Shown: positions 9,266 to 19,559 of the stretch, piece by piece | Layout of the letters: each line of letters starts with the position of its first letter | How positions within the stretch are numbered: position 1 is the stretch's first letter | Source: an uncultured candidate division Zixibacteria bacterium | GTDB lineage: Bacteria > Zixibacteria > MSB-5A5 > GN15 > PGXB01 | Assembly (NCBI GenBank): GCA_963702205.1 | Contig: OY969724.1 | Location: forward strand, 576,001-640,000 | DNA length: 64,000 nt | Direction of reading: 5' to 3' | Notes under the pieces: model-generated | The model's input: the letters and a program-made list of their open reading frames with translations, nothing else | What the model was told of the DNA's origin: nothing | Database searches by the model: none | Translations under genes and position numbers: made by a program

Positions 9266-10648
9266 CTAACCCACCATGATATTTTCTTCTTTATATTCGA
9301 TTTCGCCGCGCAGGCCGGGACGGGCCAGCGAGTACGCCAGTGTCAGAAGTCCGATACGCCCGACGAACATGAGTATGACCAACAATATTTTTCCGGTTTC
9401 GTGCAATTTCGGCGTGATTCCCAGCGACAGCCCGACGGTCCCGAAGGCCGAGACGACCTCGAACAGGTTATCGACAAACCACCCCTGACTCAAAGTGTGT
9501 GCCAGCATTTTTTCTTCGGCAAGCATGAACAGGCTGAACATGATGACAATAACAAAAATGGCCAGGACGAACACGGCCAGCGCGCGGCTGTAGGAATCGG
9601 CGCCGATGGTGCGCCGAAACAGGCTGATGTGCCGGAAACCCTGAAAACGCCGCCAGACCAAAAGGGCCACGACGGCAAACGTGGTGGTTTTGATACCGCC
9701 GCCGGTGGAACCCGGACAGGCGCCGATGAACATGAGGATGATGGTCAGCAATATCCCCAGTTCGGTCAGCGACGGCTGCGGAATGGTATTGAAACCGGCG
9801 GTACGACTGGTGACCGCCTGAAAGAACGCATTGACCAGATTGAGCCCCTGTCCGGTCGATTTAAAAAGCTGTTCGTGTTCGGCAATTTTGAATCCGATCG
9901 TCCCGCCGACCAGAAGTATGATTGTCGTCACGAGGCATATTTTGCTGTGCAGCGAAAGAGACAGTTTGCGTCCGACCAGACTGTGATAAAGCTCCATGAT
10001 AACCACGAATCCCAGCCCGCCGAGAATGATCAGTCCGGCAAAGATCAATATGAGCGGGGTATCGCCGCGAAATCCTTCGAGACTGTTGGAAAACGTTGAG
10101 AAACCGGCGTTGCAGAAAGCCGAGATGGCATGAAAGATCGAATAGTACACGGCTTCACCTTCGGGGAAATAACTTCGGAAACGCAAGTACAGCAGTGCCG
10201 CGCCGATCAGTTCGGCCGTAAAGGTCGTCAGCAGTACGGCTTTAAGCAGCGCCCGATAATCGGCGGTGCGGGTTTCACCCAGCGATCCGGATATACCGAG
10301 CCGAAACTGCAGGGGGAGCTTGGCGCCGATACTGAGCACCAGCATAGAGGCCAGAGTCATGACCCCGATGCCTCCGAGCTGAATTAAGACAAGAATAACG
10401 ATCTGGCCGAACATGGAATAATCGTGACCGGTGTCGACGACGACCAGCCCGGTGACGCACACGGCCGACGTCGCCGTGAAGAGAGCATCGACGATGTCGA
10501 TTGGTCCGTGCGCGCCCGATATCGGCAGAGATAAAAGTATAGTACCAATCGCGATCGTTACCAAAAACAGAATCGCGATTCTTCGCTCCGGCCTTATCCC
10601 CAGAAATTCCATAACCGATAAAATATGATTTGTAAAACGACCGTTCAA
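9266..10648 (-). CDS. ktrB: Ktr/TrkH K+ uptake membrane subunit
   Basis: SAVCVTGL, SAFCNAGF, RTAGF and SAFGTVGLS pore motifs; start uncertain. Confidence 0.9.
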   Translation of the reverse strand: MNGRFTNHILSVMEFLGIRPERRIAILFLVTIAIGTILLSLPISGAHGPIDIVDALFTATSAVCVTGLVVVDTGHDYSMFGQIVILVLIQLGGIGVMTLASMLVLSIGAKLPLQFRLGISGSLGETRTADYRALLKAVLLTTFTAELIGAALLYLRFRSYFPEGEAVYYSIFHAISAFCNAGFSTFSNSLEGFRGDTPLILIFAGLIILGGLGFVVIMELYHSLVGRKLSLSLHSKICLVTTIILLVGGTIGFKIAEHEQLFKSTGQGLNLVNAFFQAVTSRTAGFNTIPQPSLTELGILLTIILMFIGACPGSTGGGIKTTTFAVVALLVWRRFQGFRHISLFRRTIGADSYSRALAVFVLAIFVIVIMFSLFMLAEEKMLAHTLSQGWFVDNLFEVVSAFGTVGLSLGITPKLHETGKILLVILMFVGRIGLLTLAYSLARPGLRGEIEYKEENIMVG

Positions 10649-10698
10649 GATAAAAGCCGACCGTAATTAACAGTCGGCCATTATGAAAATTCGCGTAA

Positions 10699-11739
10699 TC
10701 AGGCCCGGTGGTTGTCGATATTGTCGTATTGACCGGAATAAAGAATGTCTTTGATGAAGTCCCGCTTCAGGAATTCGTGCGGGAAACCGGGTTCTATGGC
10801 GCTGACATCGCTGAGCCGTTGCAGTTTGTCATCCGGGAGAGGCACCTCGAGACAGGACAGGTTGTCGCTCAACTGGTCGGCGGTGCGGGCGCCGATTATG
10901 GGAATTATCAGGCCCGGCTGCCGGCGAACCCAGTTGATGGCTACCTGTGACGGTGTGCAACCGAGTTCTTCGGCTATTTTGACGACTTCGTCGGCGATGG
11001 CGAGATTGTGATCGGTTATCCTGCTCACGGCTTCGCCTTCTTTGTAGCGGGTCGGTTCCGAGTCATTCTTGAGTTTGCTGTATTTGCCGGTCAGGACTCC
11101 CCCGCCCATAGTGCCCCAGGGGGTGACGGCCATATCGAAGGCGCGGGCCATTGGCAGCAGCTCTCTTTCAACCGTCCGTTCGATAAGACTGTATTCGATT
11201 TGAAGCCCGACAAAGCGGCTCCAGCCGCGAAGTTCGGCCAGGGTGTTGGCTCGCGAGACTATCCAGGCCGGGGTGTCGGAGATGCCGATGTACAGCACTT
11301 TTCCGGCGCTGATCAGATCGTCGAACGCCCGCATGACTTCATCGACGGGGGTCAAATAATCCCAGGCGTGCAGCCAGAAAAGATCGACATAATCGGTGTT
11401 GAGGCGTCTGAGGCTGTTTTCCAGAGCCTGGACCATATTTTTGCGGCTGTTGCCGGCCGAGTTGGGGTCTCCGTGATCCATGAAGAGAGTATATTTCGTC
11501 GCCAGGACTATTTTTTGCCGAATGTCGCGGATAAATTCACCGATGTATTCTTCACTGGTTCCATTCGTATAACGGTTGGCGGTGTCGATGAAATTCCCGC
11601 CGGCTTCGACGAATGTATCGAATATTTTTCCACTTTCCCTTTTATCGGCTCCCCATCCCCAGGTCTCACCGAAAGTCATCGCCCCCAGACATAATTCCGA
11701 AACCTTCATTCCGCTGTGTCCCAATAATTTGTATTTCAT
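10699..11739 (-). CDS. Aldo/keto reductase
   Basis: LCLGAMTFG, FIDTANRY, LATKY and SLRRLNTDYVDL motifs. Confidence 0.92.
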   Translation of the reverse strand: MKYKLLGHSGMKVSELCLGAMTFGETWGWGADKRESGKIFDTFVEAGGNFIDTANRYTNGTSEEYIGEFIRDIRQKIVLATKYTLFMDHGDPNSAGNSRKNMVQALENSLRRLNTDYVDLFWLHAWDYLTPVDEVMRAFDDLISAGKVLYIGISDTPAWIVSRANTLAELRGWSRFVGLQIEYSLIERTVERELLPMARAFDMAVTPWGTMGGGVLTGKYSKLKNDSEPTRYKEGEAVSRITDHNLAIADEVVKIAEELGCTPSQVAINWVRRQPGLIIPIIGARTADQLSDNLSCLEVPLPDDKLQRLSDVSAIEPGFPHEFLKRDFIKDILYSGQYDNIDNHRA

Positions 11740-11885
11740 AATACCTCCTTGGCATAAACCGATAAGCGATTTCGTTTACCTAATTGAATATAAGTTAAAC
11801 ATGGCGAATTGGTGTCTTGTTCACGTATTTATACGATACCGGTTGAACCGGAAAACGAGTTCATTGCTTATATGTTAAAGCTGTC

Positions 11886-12221
11886 ATGAAGAAACAACAT
11901 TCAAAATCCGCCCGAGTGGCGATAGGCTTATATTTCATTATATATCTTTGCCTGATTATTCCCTGGCACCTCAGTGCGCACAGCCAGGTAAGTGTTTCCG
12001 AAGCATCGACGTGGACAACGGGTGTGGAGTATCAGAATGTCCATGATGCGCGCAATTGCCAGATTTGTGTTACTTCGGGGCACGTGGCGGTCCAGCTTTC
12101 GGAGAACGATTTCACACCGATACAGGATTTTGAATTTGAACAAGTCCGCGAAATAGATCTTATATTCACGAATTTTCAAGTAAGACATAATCCGTCGAGG
12201 GCTCCCCCGGCCGTCGCATAG
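11886..12221 (+). CDS. DUF2946-like leader/arrest peptide (TM, CxxC, C-terminal RAPP)
   Basis: Hydrophobic N-terminus, HDARNCQIC, ends PSRAPPAVA; directly upstream of a metal-uptake operon. Confidence 0.7.
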   Translation: MKKQHSKSARVAIGLYFIIYLCLIIPWHLSAHSQVSVSEASTWTTGVEYQNVHDARNCQICVTSGHVAVQLSENDFTPIQDFEFEQVREIDLIFTNFQVRHNPSRAPPAVA

Positions 12222-12277
12222 TCTGTTACGCTTCTTTAAATACATACATTTTAAAATTTCTTCCGACGGAGACCAAT

Positions 12278-13411
12278 ATGTCTATTAGAATTTTGTTTTT
12301 TATTGGTGGACTAATGTTTGCGGCCGGGGCGATTTCGGCTCAAACCACACTGAATCCGGATTTGAGCGCCGTGGGGGACTTCCGGGCATACAGTCACAAC
12401 GACAAAACGCGGCCCGATGAATCCGAGAAATTCAACCTGGCCGATCCCGCGATGGAAATAAACGTAGTCGGTTATTTGAATCCGTACGCACGAGCCGACA
12501 TGGTCGTGGGCTGGGAGGAAGGAACCAACGCCGACATCGAAGAAGTTTATGCCACGATACTTCGCGGACTGCCGCTTAATGCCAACCTCCGCGTCGGTAA
12601 GTACCTTCTGGAATTCGGCAGACTGAATTCGGTCCATCCCCACGCTTATTCGTTTATCAAGCGACCGTTGGTGCACGAAATGTTTTTTGGCGAGGAGGGG
12701 CTATCCGATATGGCCGTGCGCGCCTCGTTTCTTCTGCCGACCGGGAATGCCTATACGGAAATTATGGGTGCCGTTTTGAAAGGCGATGCGTTGATACCCG
12801 ATCAACCCGAAGAAGGTGAAGACGCGGTGGCTGAAGAATCCGAATCGGCCGAGAAACGTCACGACCCCGGGTTTTTCGGTCGCGTGGCGACGTCGGTGGC
12901 GCTGTCGGACGTTTCGGAACTGGCTTTGGGGACTTCCGTATTGAACGAAGTTTACGCTCTGGCCGAACACGACGAAGCGGAAGAATCCACAGTGGAGCCG
13001 GATCAACTTCGCGCCTGGGTGTTCGGTGGTGATGCCAAATTCAAAAGTAAGCCGTCGCGCTATCGGACGTTTCAGATCGAGGGTGAATTTCTCGCTCGTG
13101 TCGACAAACAGCAGGATGGCGGGAATATAAAATCATACGGCGGTTACGGTTATCTTGACTATCGTTTCAGGCAGAAGTACAATGTCGGCGGGATTTTCGA
13201 ACGGGTCAGCCGCAAGGAATCCGGTGCCGGTAAAATCATTATCACGAAGGTGACCCGCACGGGTTTGTTCGTCGGATTCGCACCCGTCGAAGAGACCAGC
13301 CTGGTACGATTGGCGGGACATTATACCGAGCCGGATGAAGGCGACGGCTTCTGGGAGCTGACGCTGCAGTTGATTGTCAGTCTCGGTCCTCACAAACCAC
13401 ATAACTTTTAG
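12278..13411 (+). CDS. Outer-membrane beta-barrel/porin associated with metal uptake
   Basis: Signal peptide; LNPDLSAVGD, FGRLNSVHPH and C-terminal GPHKPHNF. Confidence 0.75.
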   Translation: MSIRILFFIGGLMFAAGAISAQTTLNPDLSAVGDFRAYSHNDKTRPDESEKFNLADPAMEINVVGYLNPYARADMVVGWEEGTNADIEEVYATILRGLPLNANLRVGKYLLEFGRLNSVHPHAYSFIKRPLVHEMFFGEEGLSDMAVRASFLLPTGNAYTEIMGAVLKGDALIPDQPEEGEDAVAEESESAEKRHDPGFFGRVATSVALSDVSELALGTSVLNEVYALAEHDEAEESTVEPDQLRAWVFGGDAKFKSKPSRYRTFQIEGEFLARVDKQQDGGNIKSYGGYGYLDYRFRQKYNVGGIFERVSRKESGAGKIIITKVTRTGLFVGFAPVEETSLVRLAGHYTEPDEGDGFWELTLQLIVSLGPHKPHNF

Positions 13412-13420
13412 GAGACAGCC

Positions 13421-14299
13421 ATGTTTAAGAATCTTCTTTTAATAGCATCAATGGTGCTCTTGCCGATTTTGAGCGCGGCCAAAGTGAACGTGGTCGCTTC
13501 GATATCCGATCTGGCCTATTTTGCGCGTGAGATCGGCGGCGACTATGTCAACGTCGAGACGATTGCGGCTCCCAAGTCCGATCCTCATTTCGTCGAGGTC
13601 CGCCCGAGTTATATGGTTAAAGTCAAAAAGGCGGATATGGTGCTTAAGGTCGGGATGGAGCTGGATATGTGGATGGACCAAATAATTGACGGTTCCCGCC
13701 ACGGTCATCTGGAAATTGTCGATTGCTCCGAACATATTAATCGCCTGGAGGTGCCGTCGTACAAAGTTGACGCGCGTTACGGTGACATCCACCGTTTCGG
13801 CAATCCCCACTACTGGTTGGACCCGGATAATGCCGAGCCGATTGCCGAGTCGGTACGCGACGGTTTGCTTTCGGTTGATCCGGACCACGCCGAAGTATTC
13901 CGGCAAAACTATGAACAACTGGTCGAGAAAATTCGGGCCGATATAAAGGAGCTTGGTATTCAGGCGGCCAGCCTGAAGGGTGAGGAAATTATCTTTTACC
14001 ATAATTCATGGCCATACTTCAGCAAGTTTACAGGTGTAAAAGAGGCCGGATTTATCGAGCCGTACCCGGGTGTGGCGCCATCGCCGGGTCATATCAAAGA
14101 AATAATCGATCTGGTCAAGGCCAGGGGTATCAAGACTATCGCCATTGAGCCGTACTTCGATAAGAGGGTGCCGGACAAAATTGCGGCATCGACCGGGGCG
14201 AAAGTAGTGGTGCTTTATCCTTCAATCGGCGGCCGGGATGCAAATGAATCGTACATGGATTGGCTCGGCTACAACATCAACGCCTTGAAGGAGAATTAA
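13421..14299 (+). CDS. Zn/Mn ABC-type substrate-binding protein (ZnuA family)
   Basis: DPH, GNPHYWLDP and YHNSWPY metal-ligand motifs. Confidence 0.9.
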   Translation: MFKNLLLIASMVLLPILSAAKVNVVASISDLAYFAREIGGDYVNVETIAAPKSDPHFVEVRPSYMVKVKKADMVLKVGMELDMWMDQIIDGSRHGHLEIVDCSEHINRLEVPSYKVDARYGDIHRFGNPHYWLDPDNAEPIAESVRDGLLSVDPDHAEVFRQNYEQLVEKIRADIKELGIQAASLKGEEIIFYHNSWPYFSKFTGVKEAGFIEPYPGVAPSPGHIKEIIDLVKARGIKTIAIEPYFDKRVPDKIAASTGAKVVVLYPSIGGRDANESYMDWLGYNINALKEN

Positions 14300-14303
14300 T
14301 TAT

Positions 14304-15110
14304 ATGGAATACTGGGAGTTTTTATTGTGGCCCTTTTTGGCCGCGGTGGTGCTGGTCGGGATACATGTCTATTTCGGTCTCCACGTCATACGCCGGGGGA
14401 TCATATTCGTCGATTTATCCCTCGCCCAGATCGCGGCACTGGGCATGACGGTTTCATTTTTGTTCGGATATGCCTCCGATAGTATTACTTCGTACCTGTT
14501 CTCGCTTGGATTCGCTTTGGTGGGAAGTTTCATTTTTACCTTAACCCGAAATATGAAGCACAAGGTGCCGCAGGAGGCGATTATCGGTATCGTGTATGCC
14601 GTCAGTTCAGCGGCGGCAATTTTGGCTGTCAGTCATTCCCCGGAAGGTGCCGAACATATTCGGTACCTTCTGGTCGGCAGCGTTTTAACCGTCAGTCCCG
14701 ATATCGTCGCCAGGACGGCCGGCTTGTATGCACTGGTCGGGCTGTTTCATTGGTTTGCCCGGTCACGCTTTCTGACTCTGACATTCGAGGAAAAGATCGT
14801 GCCGAAAAGCACCTTTTGGGATTTCCTGTTTTATGCCAGTTTTGCCGTGGTCGTGACGTCATCGGTCAAAATCTGCGGAGTCCTGCTGGTTTTTATCTTT
14901 TTGGTGGTGCCGTCGGTATTCGCCGCTTTAATAACGGAAAAGATAGGTAAAAGACTGACGCTGGGCTGGGTTTTCGGCCTGGTCGGCTCGGCTTTGGGAA
15001 TAATTTTCTCTTTCAAGTTCGATACTCCCACCGGGGCCAGTATCGTCGCGACTTTTGGGGGATTGTTGCTGTTATATTCCATTTTCAAGAAGGTTTTGAA
15101 GATCATATAG
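14304..15110 (+). CDS. Zn/Mn ABC-type permease (ZnuB/ABC-3 family)
   Basis: Multi-TM; IIFVDLSLAQIAALG and EAIIG motifs. Confidence 0.88.
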   Translation: MEYWEFLLWPFLAAVVLVGIHVYFGLHVIRRGIIFVDLSLAQIAALGMTVSFLFGYASDSITSYLFSLGFALVGSFIFTLTRNMKHKVPQEAIIGIVYAVSSAAAILAVSHSPEGAEHIRYLLVGSVLTVSPDIVARTAGLYALVGLFHWFARSRFLTLTFEEKIVPKSTFWDFLFYASFAVVVTSSVKICGVLLVFIFLVVPSVFAALITEKIGKRLTLGWVFGLVGSALGIIFSFKFDTPTGASIVATFGGLLLLYSIFKKVLKII

Positions 15111-15241
15111 TAAAAAGACGAATGAAATTAAGAGAATTTGCCATAGGTCCGAAAATAGATATATAATCGGCGTATAATGCTATATATTATGGGCCGTTTT
15201 TAAGTGGCATTTTGAAAGGAAGATTAAACAGGATTTCAACT

Positions 15242-16450
15242 ATGGCAAATGTCCAAAAGAAAAAAGGTGTTATCGGAATATTGACCGGCGGCGGCGACGT
15301 CCCGGGCTTGAACCCGGCCATTAGAGCCGTAACGATCAGAGCTCTTCGCGAGGGTTATCAGGTTATCGGATTGAAACGCGGCTGGGCGGGAGTGGTGGAA
15401 ATAAACCGCGACAGCCACGCCGACAATTCCGGTAATTTCCAAATTCTGACCGAAGAAATAGTCAACAAGGCGGGCCGGACCGGCGGCACGTTTCTGCATA
15501 CATCGCGAACTCATCCGGGGCACGTCCCCAAAGCGGCCGTGCCGGAGCAGTACAAAGATAAATATACCGAAGGCATGAACGACATGACCGAAGAAGTCAT
15601 CAAGAGCCTCGATTTTCTGGGGGTAGAATATTTAATCCCGATCGGCGGCGATGACACGCTCAGCTACGGTGTTCGGCTGTACCAGGAAGGCGTCAAGGTC
15701 GTGGCGATCCCGAAGACGATGGACAACGACGTGCCGGGGACCGATTACTGTATCGGATTTTCGACGTGTATCACGCGGACGATACACCTGACCAATCTGC
15801 TGCGTACGTCGGCCGGATCGCATGAACGGTTTCTGGTGCTGGAGGTTTTCGGCCGGTACGCCGGTTTCACGGCCATGCTGCCGACGATGGCCGGGGCGGC
15901 CAACCGGTGCGTTATCCCGGAACATAAGTTCGAAATTGAACGGCTGTGCGAGCTGTTAAGCGAAGACCGTCACAAGAATCCGAGCAAATACGCGGTGGTT
16001 CTGGTTTCCGAGGGCGCTATGTTCGAAGGCAGTGAAATGGTTTACAAAGATACGGCCAAGGATGCTTTCGGGCATATGAAACTCGGCGGGATAGGTGATA
16101 TTGTTTCGGAAAAACTTAAGGAAGTCTCGCCAAAGTTCAACAAGGGTGAGAAAGTCGATATCATCAATCAAAAGCTCGGATATCTTGTCCGGGGCGGTGA
16201 TCCCGATGCCATCGACTCGATTGTTCCGATGGCTTACGGCAATCTGGCGCTCGATTTGATCCTGCGCGGGATTCACGGTCGGCTGGTGGTTCTCAAGAAC
16301 GGTCGTTACGACGACGTTCCGGTGGACGTGGTTACGAGCACCAAGAAATTTGTCAACATCGATCGCCACTATAATGTCGATCGGTTGCGGCCGATATATC
16401 GAAGTTTCGAGATGCAGCCGCTGTTTATAATGACCAGCGAGCACGGTTAG
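15242..16450 (+). CDS. Phosphofructokinase, PPi-dependent signature
   Basis: TGGGDVPGLN, GGDD and PKTMDND. Confidence 0.9.
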   Translation: MANVQKKKGVIGILTGGGDVPGLNPAIRAVTIRALREGYQVIGLKRGWAGVVEINRDSHADNSGNFQILTEEIVNKAGRTGGTFLHTSRTHPGHVPKAAVPEQYKDKYTEGMNDMTEEVIKSLDFLGVEYLIPIGGDDTLSYGVRLYQEGVKVVAIPKTMDNDVPGTDYCIGFSTCITRTIHLTNLLRTSAGSHERFLVLEVFGRYAGFTAMLPTMAGAANRCVIPEHKFEIERLCELLSEDRHKNPSKYAVVLVSEGAMFEGSEMVYKDTAKDAFGHMKLGGIGDIVSEKLKEVSPKFNKGEKVDIINQKLGYLVRGGDPDAIDSIVPMAYGNLALDLILRGIHGRLVVLKNGRYDDVPVDVVTSTKKFVNIDRHYNVDRLRPIYRSFEMQPLFIMTSEHG

Positions 16451-16468
16451 TGGAATTATTTTTCTGAA

Positions 16469-16507
16469 TGGGGGAAGCCGGCCCAACAACCCTTCCCCCG
16501 TTTGTTT
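16469..16507 (+). terminator. Putative intrinsic terminator after pfk
   Basis: gggggaag...cttccccc stem followed by gtttgttt. Confidence 0.5.
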
Positions 16508-16573
16508 ATCTTCAATCCAAACGATCTTTTCCGGTGCACCAGGATTTCTAATTTTTATCCCCTTTTCTTTTTT

Positions 16574-16600
16574 TGAAACCTAATCGACGTTTTCTCGTCA
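16574..16600 (+). promoter_or_regulatory. ECF sigma promoter
   Basis: TGAAAC-N16-CGTCA preceded by a T-tract. Confidence 0.6.
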
Positions 16601-16660
16601 ATACAATTATCGTGGGTGATACAGGGGTTTCAGTTAACACGATGCGAGGAGAAGGTTGTA

Positions 16661-19118
16661 ATGTTGGAAAAGCTATGTGTGCCCCTGTTTTTGATCGCCG
16701 CCGTCGTTTTGATTCATTCAAATACTTCCGCGCAGGAAACCGAATCCAAAAAGCGGGTTGTCCCCGAAATTAGAGCCGTCCACGTAAATCCGCACGCTCC
16801 TAAGATCGACGGCATTCTCGATGACGAAATCTGGCAAAAAGCCAAACCAAATGCCGTGCGGAATTTTACACAATCCGATCCGGATGAAGGCAAACCGCCG
16901 AGCGAATCGACGCTGGTGGAAGTTGCGTATGATGATGAGGCGCTATATGTGGCGTTCTGGTGCTATGATTCTCACCCGGATAAAATAGCGAGACGGCTGG
17001 TTCGACGCGATCGTTCGACGGAACGTGACTATGTGACGGTTCGGCTTGATCCGTACCACGACCATCAAACCGGCAACGCATTTGAAGTCTCGGCCGCTGG
17101 AGTAATGAGGGACGCCCGCTACTACGATGATTTAAACAGCGATATGTCCTGGGATGCGGTGTGGGAAAGCCAGGTTAAAATTCAGGACTGGGGTTGGAGC
17201 GCCGAGTTCAAAATTCCGTTTTGTTGTCTTCGTTTCAATGAGGAAGACGATGCCACCTGGGGAATCGATTTTGCCCGGGGCATTAACCGGACCACCGAAT
17301 TATTGAAATGGGCTTTTGTGCCGGAAGAAAACGGCGGCTTTGTCTCCAATTTCGGTCACCTGATCGGGCTCAAAGGAATTAAATCTTCGCGGCATATGGA
17401 AATATTGCCGTACGCCGTTTCGCGGGCCGAGGTCGAGCCCAAGGCTCCCGGTAATCCGGACGGGCGCAAATATCTGAGCAATACCGGGGTCGATTTAAAG
17501 TACTCGGGTACTGTCCAACCTGGTGCTCAATGCCACCGTCAATCCGGATTTCGGACAAGTTGAACTTGACGAAACGGTTTTGAATTTGTCGGTGTATGAA
17601 ACCCAGTTCGATGAAAAAAGGCCGTTCTTTGTCGAGGGGCTCGATATTTTCAACACCAATTTCATGTTGTTGTACCCCCGTCGTATCGGCAAGCAGCTCT
17701 ATTCCGGTGTCGATGACAACGACGCTTTGTATTATACCGATTATCCCGACGTCGCCACGATATTGGGGGCGGCCAAGTTGACCGGGAAAGTCTCCGGAAG
17801 AACGTCGATAGGCTTTCTGACGGCCGTGACACAGCAAGAAAAGGCCAAGTACGCGGCCCGGACCAATGTCGTGTTAGACACTGATGACAACGTCGTTTCG
17901 GCCGATACGACTCTCCGCGAGGGTCTGGTAGAACCTACGGCCGATTATTCCGTATTCAGACTGAAACAGGATTTCCTCAAGAATTCGTACGTCGGCGGGA
18001 TGGTTACAATGGCCAGCAAAGACGGCGTCCATCCGGCCGTAACCGGCGGAGTCGATTGGCGGCTGGGTACCAATAATGACTATTGGCTCTGTTACGGGCA
18101 GACGATCTTCAGCCAGGTTGATCCGTACCATACCGGCTACGGATTCGATATATACATAGAGAGGACCGCCGGGAAGCACGTCCGGGGCAATATCGGTACG
18201 ACGTTCAAATCACCGGAGCTCAATATCAGCGCTATGGGTTATACGCCACGGGTCGATGCCAAAAAACTCTCGACCTGGTGGCAGTACCGCACGACTGATG
18301 ACTGGTGGATTTTCCGCAATACTTATCACAATATCAATTTCAGTTCGGAATGGAATTATGCCGGTTATAACTATTCTTTGGACGGTGATTATAACAATTA
18401 CATAGAATTTACCAATTACTGGAATTTCGGGAGCGGCATAACCATACAGGGTGAAAAGTACAGCGATCTGGAACGGTACGGTCACGGTATCTGGGAGTGG
18501 CCGGTGTACCCGACATGGAGCTGGTGGTTCAGCCTAAATACCGATGGCCGCAAAAAAATAGCTTTCAACTGGAATCCGGGCTCCGGGACCGACCGCGGGG
18601 GGACCTGGTGGGCCAATTATATTGGCGTCAGTTTCAAACCCAAAAGTAATATGGAGTATTCGCTGGGAGTCAACTGGCACTATGATTATAACAGTTTAAG
18701 GTACATCGGTGAAGGCGACGACGGGTCGGTATTCGCCGAGTTGGACCGGCGGATGGTTTCGCTTTATGGCAGCGCCGGTATCCTGTTTAACAGGAATCTT
18801 TCTTTGCAGTTGTCGGCCTCGGGTTATATCGCGGGGCTCGATTACAACAATTACCGTTATTATCTGGGCGGGCAGGATTATTCCGACCCGATAGACAAAT
18901 ATAATGTCGACAACAACCGGGTGGCCCTGAATACGTCGTTTATCGCCCGCTGGGAATATTTGCCGGGTAGTACGCTCTTTCTGGTCTGGACGAGATCGAG
19001 GTACGAACGCGACGGAACCATGAACAACATGGATTTTTCAAGGGATTTCGATCGGTTGTTCAACGGTGATGCCAATAATGTATTTTTGATTAAAGTCAGT
19101 TATTGGTTTAATGTATAG
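16661..19118 (+). CDS. CBM9-like/DUF5916 outer-membrane protein, split by a +1 frameshift near 17506
   Basis: PKIDGILDD...AYDDEALYV N-domain and NPDFGQVE...EKRPFF barrel in the next frame; removing one G joins them as LKYSVLSNLVLNATVNPDF. Confidence 0.82.
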
Positions 19119-19132
19119 GGGGCAGGCGAGGG

Positions 19133-19286
19133 GAGGCTGTCCCAAAAGAGTTCCGTCGGGTGTTGATTTCGACAAAGTCGAAATTGTCACCCGACGGAAG
19201 CCATTGAAAGACCGCAGGGTCACACCCCGACTGCGTCGGGCCAAGACCCTGCGGAACATACAATCAGGACTTTTTGGAACTGCCTC
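19133..19286. mobile_element. MITE type 2 (gaggctgtcccaaaa...ttttggaactgcctc) with an inverted pair of GTTC-REP hairpins
   Basis: Imperfect terminal inverted repeats; hairpins at 19150-19199 and 19212-19257. Confidence 0.6.
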
Positions 19287-19372
19287 AGGGCGTTTGCCGG
19301 TTACAATTTTGCGGAAATGTCAGGAGCGCGGAGTTCCTAACCGGACGCCGTCTGGAAAAAGCCCCGAGCGGC

Positions 19373-19524
19373 GGGCTTGTTGAAAAACCAGTAGGTCGGC
19401 TTCCGAATCCTGACGAAGTCAGGAGAGAAAGCCGACATCTTGTTGTCGGGTTTCTCGTTACGCTTCGCTCCTCTCGGAACCCGACCTACTTCTTGCACCA
19501 TCCATGCACTATTTCAACAAGCCC
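19373..19524. mobile_element. 152-bp MITE copy 2 with 8-bp target duplication CGAGCGGC
   Basis: Near-identical to 4555-4706; cgagcggc at 19365-19372 and 19525-19532. Confidence 0.82.
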
Positions 19525-19559
19525 CGAGCGGCGGGCACCCAAATTTAAAAATCTACAAC

